Origin: a phage | Length of the DNA: 64,000 nucleotides | Sequence record: PZ452612.1 | Direction: 5' to 3' (one strand) | Shown here: positions 1-9,979 of the stretch, in pieces | Numbering within the stretch: the first letter of the stretch is position 1 | How the letters are laid out: the number at the start of each line of letters is the position of its first letter | Position numbers and translations under genes: made by a program | The notes under the pieces: model-generated | Told to the model about the DNA's origin: nothing | Database searches by the model: none | What the model saw: the letters and a program-made list of their open reading frames with translations, nothing else

Positions 1-826
1 CTGTGCTACCTGTACGTCCTGAAACTTTGAATTGAGTGATACCAATATCATTATAAAGTTTCAAATCTTGAGGACGAACAAAACGAGTTCTCAACCAGTT
101 AAATGGGTCTGTATCACGAGCTTTAATACAGTGCTGCATAGGATATCCGTTTAAGGATTTAGCATCATCAGCTGTAACATCAGTACTATGGAAAATATAG
201 CAAGAGTCACGATAGCTACAATGTGTTGTATACCCTTTACCAGCATTAGAACAGAACTCATTTACAAGAACTTCAAATATTATATTGTTCTTATTGCAAA
301 ACTCTGCTGCACGCTTCAGGAAAGAAACTGAACGGTTCTTATGAATTCCACAGCAGACCTTTTTGATATTATACTGGTCATGCAAGTATTTGATTTGAGT
401 TACAGCATCGACATGTAGAATTGTTGAAACTTCAATCTCAATGTCTTTATTGACTTCACGAACAATTTCCATAACAACAGGGTTAGCGATAGTAATACGC
501 CATACGCCTATTGACCAAAGATACTGAACATAATCCTGAATAGCTTTCTTCTTCCACCCAACTAGTTCTCTTTTTGAACCAGGATTTATCGTGTTGAGTG
601 TATAGTTAAAGCAAATACCTAATTCGTTACAACGTTTAACGTAATCTTCTAACATCTTTTTGTCAACGTCAGGAAGCCTAAAATCAGGTCTGGCTGCTAC
701 AAAAGCCATTTCTCTTGTAGAGCCGTATACTTCGTTTATCAAGCTATTAGGATAAGTTTTATTGAGCTCTACGATTTTATCAAGAAGAGCTAAATCAAAA
801 TTCGTTCCAATTTTAAAAGTATTCAT
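1..826 (-). CDS. Peptidase-U32-family-like protein, N-terminal ~275 aa (3' end lies beyond window start)
   Basis: Minus-strand ATG at 826 with open frame to position 1 (MNTFKIGTNFDLALLDK...). Motifs resemble U32 family: YTLNTI, Cys-containing EVLVNEFCSNAGKGYTTHCSY, FKVSGRTGS. Called from memory only. Confidence 0.45.
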   Translation of the reverse strand, partial: MNTFKIGTNFDLALLDKIVELNKTYPNSLINEVYGSTREMAFVAARPDFRLPDVDKKMLEDYVKRCNELGICFNYTLNTINPGSKRELVGWKKKAIQDYVQYLWSIGVWRITIANPVVMEIVREVNKDIEIEVSTILHVDAVTQIKYLHDQYNIKKVCCGIHKNRSVSFLKRAAEFCNKNNIIFEVLVNEFCSNAGKGYTTHCSYRDSCYIFHSTDVTADDAKSLNGYPMQHCIKARDTDPFNWLRTRFVRPQDLKLYNDIGITQFKVSGRTGST

Positions 827-882
827 TTTTTTGCATCTCACGTTAATTGATGCGATGGTTTTTGCAGGTCTTACTTAAATTA

Positions 883-1269
883 TTATAGATTCGGTTTATA
901 TGATTTAAATGTTTCGAATTCGCCTTTATTCATAAGAGCTTTGAATTCGTCAGGACGCATAGCTTTGTCGTCGATAATCCAATCATATACTGGTTTATGT
1001 GTTAGCAAATTATGGTACTTCAAACCAATGTTTTCCAAGTTCTGAATCAGACTTGGGAGAATGTCAATTGCTATACGACCAGGACCTACTGACTTCATAC
1101 CGCGAGCAGTGTAAAGCGTTATGGTATGCCCTGCATCATACAGGGCATTAATAGCAGTCACCATTTCGACGTCTGGTTTGAAGTTCACGTAATCACGATT
1201 GTTATTCCACTCTGTTATACAATCATCGACATCAAAACAAAGATTAAGCATGTTTTCTACACGGTGCAT
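883..1269 (-). CDS. HAD-superfamily phosphatase (putative sugar-phosphate phosphatase)
   Basis: HAD motif I DxDxT (FDVDDCIT) near N-terminus; ATG at 1269 overlaps the stop of the upstream gene (TAATG). Track ORF 883..1284 trimmed to this ATG. Confidence 0.6.
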   Translation of the reverse strand: MHRVENMLNLCFDVDDCITEWNNNRDYVNFKPDVEMVTAINALYDAGHTITLYTARGMKSVGPGRIAIDILPSLIQNLENIGLKYHNLLTHKPVYDWIIDDKAMRPDEFKALMNKGEFETFKSYKPNL

Positions 1270-2954
1270 TAGATTCGTTCCCATTGATGAGTGATATCGC
1301 CACCGATTGGACGATAAGAAACACCAGTTTCTTTATCAGTTAGTACCCATTTACCAGGATTTTTTGTAATCAGAGTAGCCGTTACAGGTTCTGCTACGTC
1401 ATAACTAATAGAGCCGTCCTGAAGTACACGGCCCATGTTACGTAATTGCTTAGTCAGAAGTTCCATACCTTTATAATATGCGGCTACCGCTTTAAGTGGA
1501 TTATTCTTGAAATAACCACCTAATGCAATCCAGATAATTGCTACAGCCAAATGATGATACTCGTTAAACGAACTCATCTTTCCATATTTGTAAACTAATG
1601 GATTGATGTTAATAGTCACATTACAAGTTGTTTCGTCAATAGTAAACTGTCCCCAGGTCGGATTAGCGTTGAATTCATCATAACCTGAAACAGCATAAAG
1701 CACTTTAGCTTCATCATACAATTTTGGCCCGTAAATCTTGGTTTCGCCAAAATATCCACGAGGGTCGATAAACTTGACTTCGCCGTTATCAGTAATCATA
1801 GTATTACTGAAGTTCGGGTCACCGTGAATAACAGAGTACTGTCCCTGAGAACGGGTATGATAACGAATAAGATGTTCTAAAGCTTGCTTCAGCATTGGCT
1901 TCAGACGTCCAATCTTAGTGTAGTTCACGTGTGTGATTTTACCAAATGAATCAATCAATGGCTGAATGCTTTCACAACGATCAATAACTTTCGTATAGAA
2001 CTCTTTAGTGAAATCACGGCGAACAGTTTCAGGACTTACAAAATAAGTGTCTGTGCTGAATTTCAGTGCATCTAAAATTGCATCAACAATTTGTGGACGA
2101 GCAAGACTTGATTTGGATTTAATATATTCAAATGCTGGCTTACCTTTAATACGTTCCATTTCAAAATTATTTTCATTTACCGAAACTAACTGAGGAACTG
2201 AATCTGATTTCACTTTCAAATACCATGAAATCTCATCTTTTTGAAGAGCTCGACCTTGTTCGGTTAACGCGAATTTAGTTACAGTTTCTTCGCCAATTTC
2301 AACTGCATTAAAACTACGATTAAGTTCACGAACTTCATGAGCTTTTTCAAGTTTAGGCATATCACCTAAATCAATTAGATTCATAAGCTCTGATTTATTG
2401 AATGCACTGCCGTAAAGGAATTCTACGAAATCACGTCCTTTGCAGTATTCATGAATTTCCTCATCAGTAGAACCCATGTAGAATTCCCAGTCTTTGAACT
2501 GATAAATTCCTACAACATTACCGCCTGTTGAACCTACGTTAGTGATATTTTCACCATCGAAATTATATCGACATTCATCACCCTTAACATAGATTGCGTT
2601 AACATTCCAAGACCATGAACCAAAATCAGGAATAATATCACACCAGTTAACAATTACGTTATGGCCATCTAAATCTTTGTATAATTTAGCAAGAGCATAA
2701 GCAGAACCATACGCTTCATCAACTGTACGAATAGTCACATTGAACCCTTCTTGCTCGCAATAAGCTCGAACAGTTTCAGCAAATTTTGAATGAACTACTA
2801 CAATAATTTCATCTGCGCCAAGGTCAGAATAAATTGTATACAAATTGCTCAGAATAGTGTCTTGTTTATAGTTAACAAGAACTTTTGGAATATGATGCGT
2901 TATTGGATACAAACGAGTTGCCAGTCCAGCACCAAGAATAACAGCTTTTTTCAT
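1269..2954 (-). CDS. Bifunctional sugar-1-phosphate nucleotidylyltransferase (N-term) / APH-fold anomeric sugar kinase (C-term)
   Basis: 561-aa ORF. N-terminus MKKAVILGAGLATRLYPIT resembles RmlA-type G-x-G-T-R-L motif; C-terminus HGDPNFSNTMITDNGEVKFIDPRGYFG resembles APH/choline-kinase-like HGD..N...D motifs. SD GAGGA upstream. Confidence 0.7.
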   Translation of the reverse strand: MKKAVILGAGLATRLYPITHHIPKVLVNYKQDTILSNLYTIYSDLGADEIIVVVHSKFAETVRAYCEQEGFNVTIRTVDEAYGSAYALAKLYKDLDGHNVIVNWCDIIPDFGSWSWNVNAIYVKGDECRYNFDGENITNVGSTGGNVVGIYQFKDWEFYMGSTDEEIHEYCKGRDFVEFLYGSAFNKSELMNLIDLGDMPKLEKAHEVRELNRSFNAVEIGEETVTKFALTEQGRALQKDEISWYLKVKSDSVPQLVSVNENNFEMERIKGKPAFEYIKSKSSLARPQIVDAILDALKFSTDTYFVSPETVRRDFTKEFYTKVIDRCESIQPLIDSFGKITHVNYTKIGRLKPMLKQALEHLIRYHTRSQGQYSVIHGDPNFSNTMITDNGEVKFIDPRGYFGETKIYGPKLYDEAKVLYAVSGYDEFNANPTWGQFTIDETTCNVTININPLVYKYGKMSSFNEYHHLAVAIIWIALGGYFKNNPLKAVAAYYKGMELLTKQLRNMGRVLQDGSISYDVAEPVTATLITKNPGKWVLTDKETGVSYRPIGGDITHQWERI

Positions 2955-2995
2955 GTTGTGGTCCTCATTGGTAAGTAGGTGTATTGTACACTATT

Positions 2996-3139
2996 CTAGT
3001 TAAAGCATTCATACTTTGCTTGTAGTCCAATCATAATCCATCCAATTACAAGTGTTGGAATCATTACTGGAGCCGTTAAGCTCCAGTAGATAGTCATGAC
3101 AAGCATCAATAGTAAAAGTCCTATTGTTATTGCTTTCAT
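2996..3139 (-). CDS. Candidate small hydrophobic membrane peptide (47 aa), not in ORF track
   Basis: ATG at 3139 overlaps the isomerase stop (ATGA); translation MKAITIGLLLLMLVMTIYWSLTAPVMIPTLVIGWIMIGLQAKYECFN is strongly hydrophobic. Confidence 0.3.
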   Translation of the reverse strand: MKAITIGLLLLMLVMTIYWSLTAPVMIPTLVIGWIMIGLQAKYECFN

Positions 3140-3771
3140 TGTTCGCCTCGTAACATGGCACCTAGTGCACCGCCTGGATGGAACTTAAGAAAGTCATTAG
3201 AGGTAAATCCACGTTCAGACGAAAGGTTGATAGCAAACGTATCGATAAGCGCTAACAACAATGTAGTGGACATAGTCGGAGCCAGAGAATTCTCATCAAC
3301 CTCTACCGCGATGCCTGTACAGAAAGAGTAATCAAAAAGGGCTTCATTTTCTTGCGGAATGTCTGGGTTACAATGCAACAGAATCTGTTTGACATTTGGA
3401 CGAATCATTTTAAGATGCTTAGCCACGCCTATCATTTCTTCAGTCTTACCAGAACGACTAATATGAATCAACACATCATTAGGCGCAATGAATCCTGCAT
3501 CACCGTGAGAATAATGCCCAGTGTTCAAGTACATACTCGGGATACCGAGTGAAGCAAATGTCTCAGAAGCTTTAGTTGCAATATTAGCATTCTTACCAAC
3601 ACCTGTAATAATTACTCGGCTTTCATAATTACTAAGTCCAGGGCGTCGAAGAGTTTCTAGAATAGCATTATAACGAGCAGGGTTTTGACTAATTACTTTG
3701 GCCATAGCGGCCAAAGAAGAAGCTTGTTTTATGATTGCGTCAATAGCGATAGTAATAGGAGTAGTTTTCAT
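3136..3771 (-). CDS. SIS-domain sugar-phosphate isomerase, KdsD/GutQ-type (arabinose-5-phosphate isomerase-like, no CBS domains)
   Basis: 211 aa; motifs ITGVGKNANIATKASETFASLGIPS, HISRSGKTEE, LAPTMSTT and FHPGGALGAML resemble KdsD SIS domain; lacks the GNGGS pattern I associate with GmhA. Confidence 0.7.
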   Translation of the reverse strand: MKTTPITIAIDAIIKQASSLAAMAKVISQNPARYNAILETLRRPGLSNYESRVIITGVGKNANIATKASETFASLGIPSMYLNTGHYSHGDAGFIAPNDVLIHISRSGKTEEMIGVAKHLKMIRPNVKQILLHCNPDIPQENEALFDYSFCTGIAVEVDENSLAPTMSTTLLLALIDTFAINLSSERGFTSNDFLKFHPGGALGAMLRGEQ

Positions 3772-3811
3772 ATTTCTCTCATTTAATTAGTTTACCGTCC
3801 ATGACATTATA

Positions 3812-6523
3812 TCAAAAATCGAACATATCGAACAGAGATGCTTTCTTCTCGTAATCGAGTTTCGCTGCTGATGTGAATCCTTCAAGTGGTTTAATAAATG
3901 TCTTCTCAAGGAGAACAGTGTAGTCCATCCAATGAAGTACGTCATCTTTAATTAAATCTGTGATTTCAGTACCAGAAGGCCATGCGATACATTTATCACC
4001 GAACGGGTTTCCTTCACGTAAAGGCAGAACATATACTTTTTCACCTTCTACAACTTGTGGAGCATCAATATTACCTTTGATAGCTCTGTTATATGTCAGA
4101 ATTCCACGAATATGGAACGGACATTTAGGACCAGGGAATCCACCTACATCATATTTAGCAATGTTATTCGCAGAAGATACCGACGCGATGCTAATATAAT
4201 TCAATTGACGGAATTCTTTTTCAAACTCTTTAAAATATTCTTGTAATGATTCTTCACCTTCTTGAAGCATACGACGAATACATTCTTTAAGAGCTTTCTG
4301 TACTGCTTTAGGGGTCGAAGATTTCTGAGTCTCTAGACCCATGATTTTGAGTTTAGGCTCAGCGTAACGAGTACCTTCCATATCCCACACGTTTAATGCG
4401 TAACGTTTCTTACCAGTCCAGAATCCACCAATACCTTTAGAACCGAGCGGAGGACCAGCGATAGCTTCTCGGTCCATGAACATTAAGTGTTGTTTATTGT
4501 TCATGTATTCACACATTTCACGGAAACCTCTATCAATAGCAGGTTCCATACGTTCACGAGCGAACTTATCTAAGAAGTCTACCCAATGGTTGGTATCACG
4601 GAATTTAGATTCACCAACCTTATCGATAATTTTATCAGCAGATACGTAAATAGAGTCTGTATCACCATAAAGAACGAAAGCTTCACCTTCTGTACCACAA
4701 ACTTCGTTCAGATATTCATTAACTTTACGTTCAATCCACTGTAAAGCCATTTGACCAAATGTTGTGATTGCAGTAGCATTACGCAAATCGTAATAACGGA
4801 ACCAAACGTTGCCAAGTGCACCATAAAGTGAGTTGATAAGCAATTTACGGTTAATTTGTGCAGTCATACCTGCAACTTCAGTACGTTGAGCTCTAAACAA
4901 CATTTCATTAAGAGATTTAGCAGACAACTTTTTAATCTTTTCTTTAATCTCGTCAGTGAAGTCGAAACGATAATCAACATCTAATGGTTCGTCAACAGAA
5001 AGATTAGGATTATGCAACGCCTCTTTAATTATTTCACCATTACGTTGAGCCGCAAGCATATAACCTTTATGTTCTTTACGTTGATTAAAGACCTTAGTGA
5101 TTTCAGTTGGAACTACACCATCACGGTCTTTATAATACATCATGCCATTAGGAGAACAACTGTACACATCTGAAGGACGTTCAGCGATTGCGTTAATATA
5201 ATCATGCAGTGGAGCTACTTTAAACGTTCCTGCTATTGTTTCCGGGCTAATATTCACTTGGCGAATAATACTTGGATACAGAGATGTAAGGTCGAAACTC
5301 ATTACATATTTGTATCGATTTGGAATAGGTTCCTTAACAAAAGCGCCAGGATAAGGTTGAACCGGGTGAGAACGACCTTGTGGAATCACCTTGTTCTGCT
5401 CTTTAAGGCTATTAAAAATAATAGCATCCCATGTTTTAATTGGGCTAAACACAGATTGAATCTGTATCTTAGCATAATAACCCATGTCCAAACTCAAGTT
5501 GATGAACTGACGCTTAGCATCAATTTGCAATACACGATACACGTCGATAATGTTATAAGAAATATATCGTTGGTGATTGCTTTCACGAAGCTTAGAAATA
5601 GGGCCGTCATATTTCAGTTTACCAACGTTCAATTCAAATTCTGAAATGTAATCTAGAGAATACGACGGTTGATTGGTAAAAGAGAATTTTTTGTAAAGGT
5701 CGATATAATCAAGAACAGAGATACCGAACAATGTAATGATTTCACGAGAACCATACATGTTTTCGATAACTTTAACACGAGTTTTACGATGCGGTGATAA
5801 ACGTTTCGCAGTAGATTCGCCAAAAATATTCTTGATTCGGTTATACACATATGGAATATCAAATGACTCAACGTTCCATCCAGTCAAAATGACAGGAGTT
5901 TTCTGTTGCCAGAAGTTGAGATATTCCATCAACAATTCTTTTTCGTTATCGAACGGCATATAAATGATTTTATCGATAATTTCAGATGGAACTTCATCAC
6001 CGCCTTGTTCTTGAAGCTTAGCAGCGATTTCAATAGACCATTCTTCTACATTACCATATGGAGAATTCAATAGATCAAATACGTAGAACCTGTCGTCAAT
6101 TGAGTCATAATGGGTGATAGCATCAATCGGATGTTTTGCTTGTGATGGCTCAGGGAACCCATCCGGAGATGTTACTTCGATGTCGAAGTTAGCCACACGA
6201 ATTTTTGTATGGTCGTATTTGATTTCATAGTTATAAGTGTCAGACAAATACGCCAATTTGAAATCGTCCATGCCAAGTGCTTCAAGTCCGATATCTTCCA
6301 TGCGTTTAATCCATTGGGAGGCATCACGCATATTAGCGAACAACTTACGAGTACACGGCTTACCGTAGATATCGAAATATTTCGTAGCCTGACTTTCCGG
6401 ACAATGAGCAAACAGTGATGGTTTATATTCTACTTCACGAGTACGTTCACGGCCATTAGAATCGATGTAACGTTCAAAAATTGAATCACCAATCTGTTCA
6501 ACCGTTAAGTAAAATTCTTTCAT
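3812..6523 (-). CDS. 43: DNA polymerase gp43 (family B, with 3'-5' exonuclease)
   Basis: 903-aa ORF; motifs FDIEV (exo I), YGDTDS (pol motif C), KLLINSLYGALG; sequence matches my recollection of RB69 gp43. Confidence 0.97.
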   Translation of the reverse strand: MKEFYLTVEQIGDSIFERYIDSNGRERTREVEYKPSLFAHCPESQATKYFDIYGKPCTRKLFANMRDASQWIKRMEDIGLEALGMDDFKLAYLSDTYNYEIKYDHTKIRVANFDIEVTSPDGFPEPSQAKHPIDAITHYDSIDDRFYVFDLLNSPYGNVEEWSIEIAAKLQEQGGDEVPSEIIDKIIYMPFDNEKELLMEYLNFWQQKTPVILTGWNVESFDIPYVYNRIKNIFGESTAKRLSPHRKTRVKVIENMYGSREIITLFGISVLDYIDLYKKFSFTNQPSYSLDYISEFELNVGKLKYDGPISKLRESNHQRYISYNIIDVYRVLQIDAKRQFINLSLDMGYYAKIQIQSVFSPIKTWDAIIFNSLKEQNKVIPQGRSHPVQPYPGAFVKEPIPNRYKYVMSFDLTSLYPSIIRQVNISPETIAGTFKVAPLHDYINAIAERPSDVYSCSPNGMMYYKDRDGVVPTEITKVFNQRKEHKGYMLAAQRNGEIIKEALHNPNLSVDEPLDVDYRFDFTDEIKEKIKKLSAKSLNEMLFRAQRTEVAGMTAQINRKLLINSLYGALGNVWFRYYDLRNATAITTFGQMALQWIERKVNEYLNEVCGTEGEAFVLYGDTDSIYVSADKIIDKVGESKFRDTNHWVDFLDKFARERMEPAIDRGFREMCEYMNNKQHLMFMDREAIAGPPLGSKGIGGFWTGKKRYALNVWDMEGTRYAEPKLKIMGLETQKSSTPKAVQKALKECIRRMLQEGEESLQEYFKEFEKEFRQLNYISIASVSSANNIAKYDVGGFPGPKCPFHIRGILTYNRAIKGNIDAPQVVEGEKVYVLPLREGNPFGDKCIAWPSGTEITDLIKDDVLHWMDYTVLLEKTFIKPLEGFTSAAKLDYEKKASLFDMFDF

Positions 6524-6536
6524 TTAATTTCCTTTA

Positions 6537-6550
6537 GACGAGTTATTGTC
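6537..6550 (-). promoter_or_regulatory. Gene 43 translational operator-like hairpin (GAC-AAUAACUC-GUC) just upstream of SD AAGGAAA
   Basis: Minus-strand GACAATAACTCGTC, 3-bp stem with 8-nt loop AAUAACUC, about 10 nt upstream of SD. T4/RB69 gp43 autoregulates via a hairpin operator at this position. Confidence 0.4.
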
Positions 6551-6581
6551 TTTTGTTTGTTGATGAACTTATTATACTCCA

Positions 6582-6601
6582 AATGGGACCGAAGTCCCAT
6601 T
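6582..6601 (-). other. RNA stem-loop with UUCG tetraloop between regA and 43, followed by TATAAT
   Basis: 8-bp perfect inverted repeat AATGGGAC/GTCCCATT around cgaa (UUCG on minus strand), 3 nt after regA stop; no U-run follows. Confidence 0.45.
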
Positions 6602-6604
6602 GCT

Positions 6605-6973
6605 TTAATTACCAATTGTATATTTTGCTTTCAAAGTCCAGTCATCTTTCTGTTTAAAAGAGATAACACGGAAGTTATTAGTCAGGCCAAACAGATCTTC
6701 ACGAGCAGAGTCTTCAATAACAATCAATCCCCAGTCTTCAAGCAACTGAGCAATCGAATCACGTCGCTGATAGTCTTCACCATCAATATCAACCTGACGT
6801 CCGTCCATACGCAGCATTTCTTTAAAGTGGACGATGTAATATTTACCTTGCTTTTGGAGGATATGACAAGACTGGTAAAGGACTTTATCCTTGTTATTAG
6901 CGATGCCCATACGGGTTAGAGTCTCTTTGACTTTCAGAAAATCTTCAGGGTTCTTCAATTTAATTTCAATCAT
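6605..6973 (-). CDS. regA: RegA translational repressor
   Basis: 122 aa from internal ATG (MIEIKLKNPEDFLKVKETLTRMGIANNKDKVLYQSCHILQK...); position between 62 and 43; overlaps gp62 stop. Confidence 0.9.
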   Translation of the reverse strand: MIEIKLKNPEDFLKVKETLTRMGIANNKDKVLYQSCHILQKQGKYYIVHFKEMLRMDGRQVDIDGEDYQRRDSIAQLLEDWGLIVIEDSAREDLFGLTNNFRVISFKQKDDWTLKAKYTIGN

Positions 6974-6975
6974 TT

Positions 6976-7539
6976 TTACCATTCCAATGCTAATTTTTTA
7001 AATTGTTTTTGTTCTTTTACGTTTTTAGTAACTTCTTTGAGAAATTCATCAGTGACCATGGCCTTCAGTTCTTTAAGGACTATTGGCAGCTTGTTATTTT
7101 TTTCAAGGAGCCGCTTATACTCGGTAGCATCATTCATGTTGATTGTGTAATGTTTCATCAACAGTTTGATAACTAGTAACTCTGAAGTGTCTTCGACTAG
7201 TTTAGCCCATTTAGAGAATCGACGACCACGCGGAATTGCCGCCATCATATAGTTGAAGTGCGCTTCATCACTTAATTCAGAACCGACTAAGTTCATCATG
7301 TAAACGGCTGGCATACATTCTGGAAACTGGGATAACGAGTTCTCAACCATAAATTTTGAGTAGTCGACCTGAGCAATTGACATAGATTTCTTTTCATTAA
7401 TAGCATTAATGATTTTAAAGAATTCATTCTCAGGTTTTTCTTTAAACATATCAGCACATTTTTGAATCGCATCAGCGTCATTAGACTTCCATGCAATTTG
7501 GTGCTCGTTAAGCTGGACGTCATCATCGAATAAGTTCAT
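6976..7539 (-). CDS. 62: Clamp loader small subunit gp62
   Basis: 187 aa, T4 order 44-62-regA; start overlaps gp44 stop. Confidence 0.9.
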   Translation of the reverse strand: MNLFDDDVQLNEHQIAWKSNDADAIQKCADMFKEKPENEFFKIINAINEKKSMSIAQVDYSKFMVENSLSQFPECMPAVYMMNLVGSELSDEAHFNYMMAAIPRGRRFSKWAKLVEDTSELLVIKLLMKHYTINMNDATEYKRLLEKNNKLPIVLKELKAMVTDEFLKEVTKNVKEQKQFKKLALEW

Positions 7540-7540
7540 A

Positions 7541-8503
7541 TTATTTCCAAGTCAGTTCACAGGTCAGTTGAAGAAGCATATACATAACATGTAATTCAAT
7601 ATTACTTGCTAGTCCATGAAACTTATTATTTTCGCCTGCAATTTCGTAAAGCGAAATAATACTTTTACCAGGTGCAACTTGGTCATAACATTCTGAAACT
7701 AATTTATCTATGAACCATGAATAATCTGCAGCATATTTTGGAGCTAATGCACGAAGTTGTTTGATATCTTTGTTCTTCATTGCTTCGATAACATCAGAGA
7801 CTGTGCCACGGTCATTAGTTACGATAGACAGAATACCTGCATCAAGAACACCTTTAGACGAGTACTGGTCTAATTGGCCAATTGTACGACGAAAGTCTGG
7901 GAAGTTCTTTTTAACCAGAGCTGCAACAACTTTCATATCAGCGATTTCGATATTTTCGTTCTTACAGATTTCAACCATACGATGAATCATTTTCTTCATC
8001 ATCGAGATTTTATCTTCTTCAGTCGGACGACCGAATTCTATAACTCGACAACGGCTACGTAATGGTTCAATAATTCCATCAATGTTGTTGGCAGTAATAA
8101 TAATAGAACAGTTACTAGAGAATTCTTCCATAAACGTACGAAGGTGACGTTGTGATTCGGCGAGGCCACTACGGTCAAATTCATCAATAACAATAACTTT
8201 AGGCTTGCCTTCCATTGAGACTGAACGAGCGAATGCAGTTAACGGACCACGCACAAAATCAATCTTACAATCAGAACCGTTGACGAACATCATTTCGGCA
8301 TTGATATCATTACATAATGCTTTTGCTACGGTTGTTTTACCTGTACCAGGAGAAGGAGAGTGCAAAATAATATGAGGAAGTTTTCCTTTAGATACTAAAG
8401 ACTTGAATGTTTCATGGTCATACGCAGGCAGAATACATTCGTCAATGGAAGAAGGACGATATTTCTGTTCTAGAATGTGTTCTTTGGAATTGATAGTAAT
8501 CAT
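7541..8503 (-). CDS. 44: Clamp loader ATPase gp44 (AAA+)
   Basis: 320 aa; Walker [11 protein letters not shown], Walker [12 protein letters not shown] motif (LRSRC). Confidence 0.95.
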   Translation of the reverse strand: MITINSKEHILEQKYRPSSIDECILPAYDHETFKSLVSKGKLPHIILHSPSPGTGKTTVAKALCNDINAEMMFVNGSDCKIDFVRGPLTAFARSVSMEGKPKVIVIDEFDRSGLAESQRHLRTFMEEFSSNCSIIITANNIDGIIEPLRSRCRVIEFGRPTEEDKISMMKKMIHRMVEICKNENIEIADMKVVAALVKKNFPDFRRTIGQLDQYSSKGVLDAGILSIVTNDRGTVSDVIEAMKNKDIKQLRALAPKYAADYSWFIDKLVSECYDQVAPGKSIISLYEIAGENNKFHGLASNIELHVMYMLLQLTCELTWK

Positions 8504-8578
8504 GTAATTTTCCTCATTATCATTAAACTGGAGGATTTCTCCTCCATAATCGTATCACATTAAACGTAAATCTTTGTC

Positions 8579-9265
8579 TTAGAAGTCGTGAGTAGAATCG
8601 GCTTCCATTGCAATAACATAACTTACTTGAGAGCTTTCAAACTTGGCTGCAACTTTATCACCAGCTCCCCACAACATTACTTTATAGTTACCTGGCTGGA
8701 TTTTCATATTAGCCATATTGATTACAAAGTTAAAGTTATTAGAACCATCATAATCGGTAAGAGTCAAAGAATACTTAGGACGAGTTAGTCCGGAATCTTC
8801 AACTTTATTGTAACCGTTGATAACAATTTTACCATCTTTATTTGTAATAGCAATTGTATCAATCTGGAGACCACGTGAAACTCGAAGCAATTGTTGAAGG
8901 TCTTCAGCTTTAATTTCAGTAATCACAGAAGCCACCGGGAATTGAATTGGCTTATTAGGAAAAACAATGGTGCTCTTGTCGGCAGCAGGCCAATAAACTG
9001 TGGAACGTGTATCTGCAATTTTAATATTGCCATCGGTGTGCATTGAAATTTCAGCATCATCAGACACTAGACTCAAAATGCTTAAGAAGCTATTCAAATC
9101 ATAAAGTGCTACGTCAAAATCAATTTCATCGGAGATATTTGCTTCTGCATAAGTGGTGCCATTAACTGCACGGGTCATAATAAATTTACCTTGACTCAGC
9201 AGAATGCCGGAGTTAATAGAGGCAAAGTTTTTCAGAATAGCGATAGTATCTTTAGACAGTTTCAT
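8579..9265 (-). CDS. 45: Sliding clamp gp45
   Basis: 228 aa from internal ATG (MKLSKDTIAILKNFASINSG...), ends ...EADSTHDF; T4 gp45-like. Confidence 0.95.
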   Translation of the reverse strand: MKLSKDTIAILKNFASINSGILLSQGKFIMTRAVNGTTYAEANISDEIDFDVALYDLNSFLSILSLVSDDAEISMHTDGNIKIADTRSTVYWPAADKSTIVFPNKPIQFPVASVITEIKAEDLQQLLRVSRGLQIDTIAITNKDGKIVINGYNKVEDSGLTRPKYSLTLTDYDGSNNFNFVINMANMKIQPGNYKVMLWGAGDKVAAKFESSQVSYVIAMEADSTHDF

Positions 9266-9307
9266 TTTATTTCCTTTCAAGACAATTCAAAGTTTATAAC
9301 AAATTTA

Positions 9308-9724
9308 TTATGCAGCAACCATCTGCTTTTTAATAGCTTCAGGCAGTGATTCAATATATTCTGGAATTTTAGAAGCAACAATTTCGCCAGCTGCAATTAA
9401 TTGTTCATCGGCATCAACACAGTAGAAATCTTCCAGACGCTCAGAACCATCTTTATCAAGAACGATTTTTCCACCTGCTTCAATAGAATCTTTATAGTGC
9501 TTACGCATCAGATGAATCCACATATCAGATACATCGTTATCAATAAAACCATAAATCATAAAACGAGTTTCTTGTGGCAAAGATTGAAGCTTTTTAGCAC
9601 TTGCGTCATCACAATGCAGGACCCATGCTTTACGAACACGATTATGGTTATGCGGGTTAGCGTCAGTACGGATAGAAGTAACTTTCAGATCAGCAGCAGT
9701 GAAACCTTTAGCAGTAGTAAACAT
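9308..9724 (-). CDS. rpbA: RNA polymerase-binding protein RpbA-like
   Basis: 138-aa ORF at the T4 rpbA position between 45 and 46; assignment by synteny and size. Confidence 0.55.
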   Translation of the reverse strand: MFTTAKGFTAADLKVTSIRTDANPHNHNRVRKAWVLHCDDASAKKLQSLPQETRFMIYGFIDNDVSDMWIHLMRKHYKDSIEAGGKIVLDKDGSERLEDFYCVDADEQLIAAGEIVASKIPEYIESLPEAIKKQMVAA

Positions 9725-9736
9725 ATTATTTCTCTC

Positions 9737-9937
9737 TTATTCGTAGAAGTCAGTAACTGTCCATGCGGAATTGCGATTAGACATTATTTTATTATACTCA
9801 TCTTTAAAAGCAGATTTGAGCATTTGTTCAGTAACAATATGTTCTTCACCTGAAAACGTATTGGTCAAAACATATTTTTTAATTTCAGGGACAACAAGAA
9901 GATGTTGTCCGGTTGAATACTCCATGTTGTTCTCCAT
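9737..9937 (-). CDS. Hypothetical small protein (45.2-like position)
   Basis: 66-aa ORF between rpbA and 46. Confidence 0.5.
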   Translation of the reverse strand: MENNMEYSTGQHLLVVPEIKKYVLTNTFSGEEHIVTEQMLKSAFKDEYNKIMSNRNSAWTVTDFYE

Positions 9938-9979
9938 TTAATTTGATGTGGTCATTATAACCACATCGTGTTAAAGCGT

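Noticed and set aside
1-3771. Alternative reading of the sugar module as an ADP/GDP-heptose or CMP-Kdo pathway
   Set aside because: The SIS protein shows KdsD/GutQ-type motifs rather than the GmhA GNGGS pattern, and no KdsA-like Kdo-8-P synthase is present; a pentose (arabinose) route fits better but remains unverified.
3960-6418. Multiple 60-146-aa ORFs on both strands inside gene 43 (for example 3960..4199, 5204..5644, 6172..6411)
   Set aside because: Fully embedded in the conserved DNA polymerase reading frame; low-complexity translations; treated as non-coding shadow ORFs.
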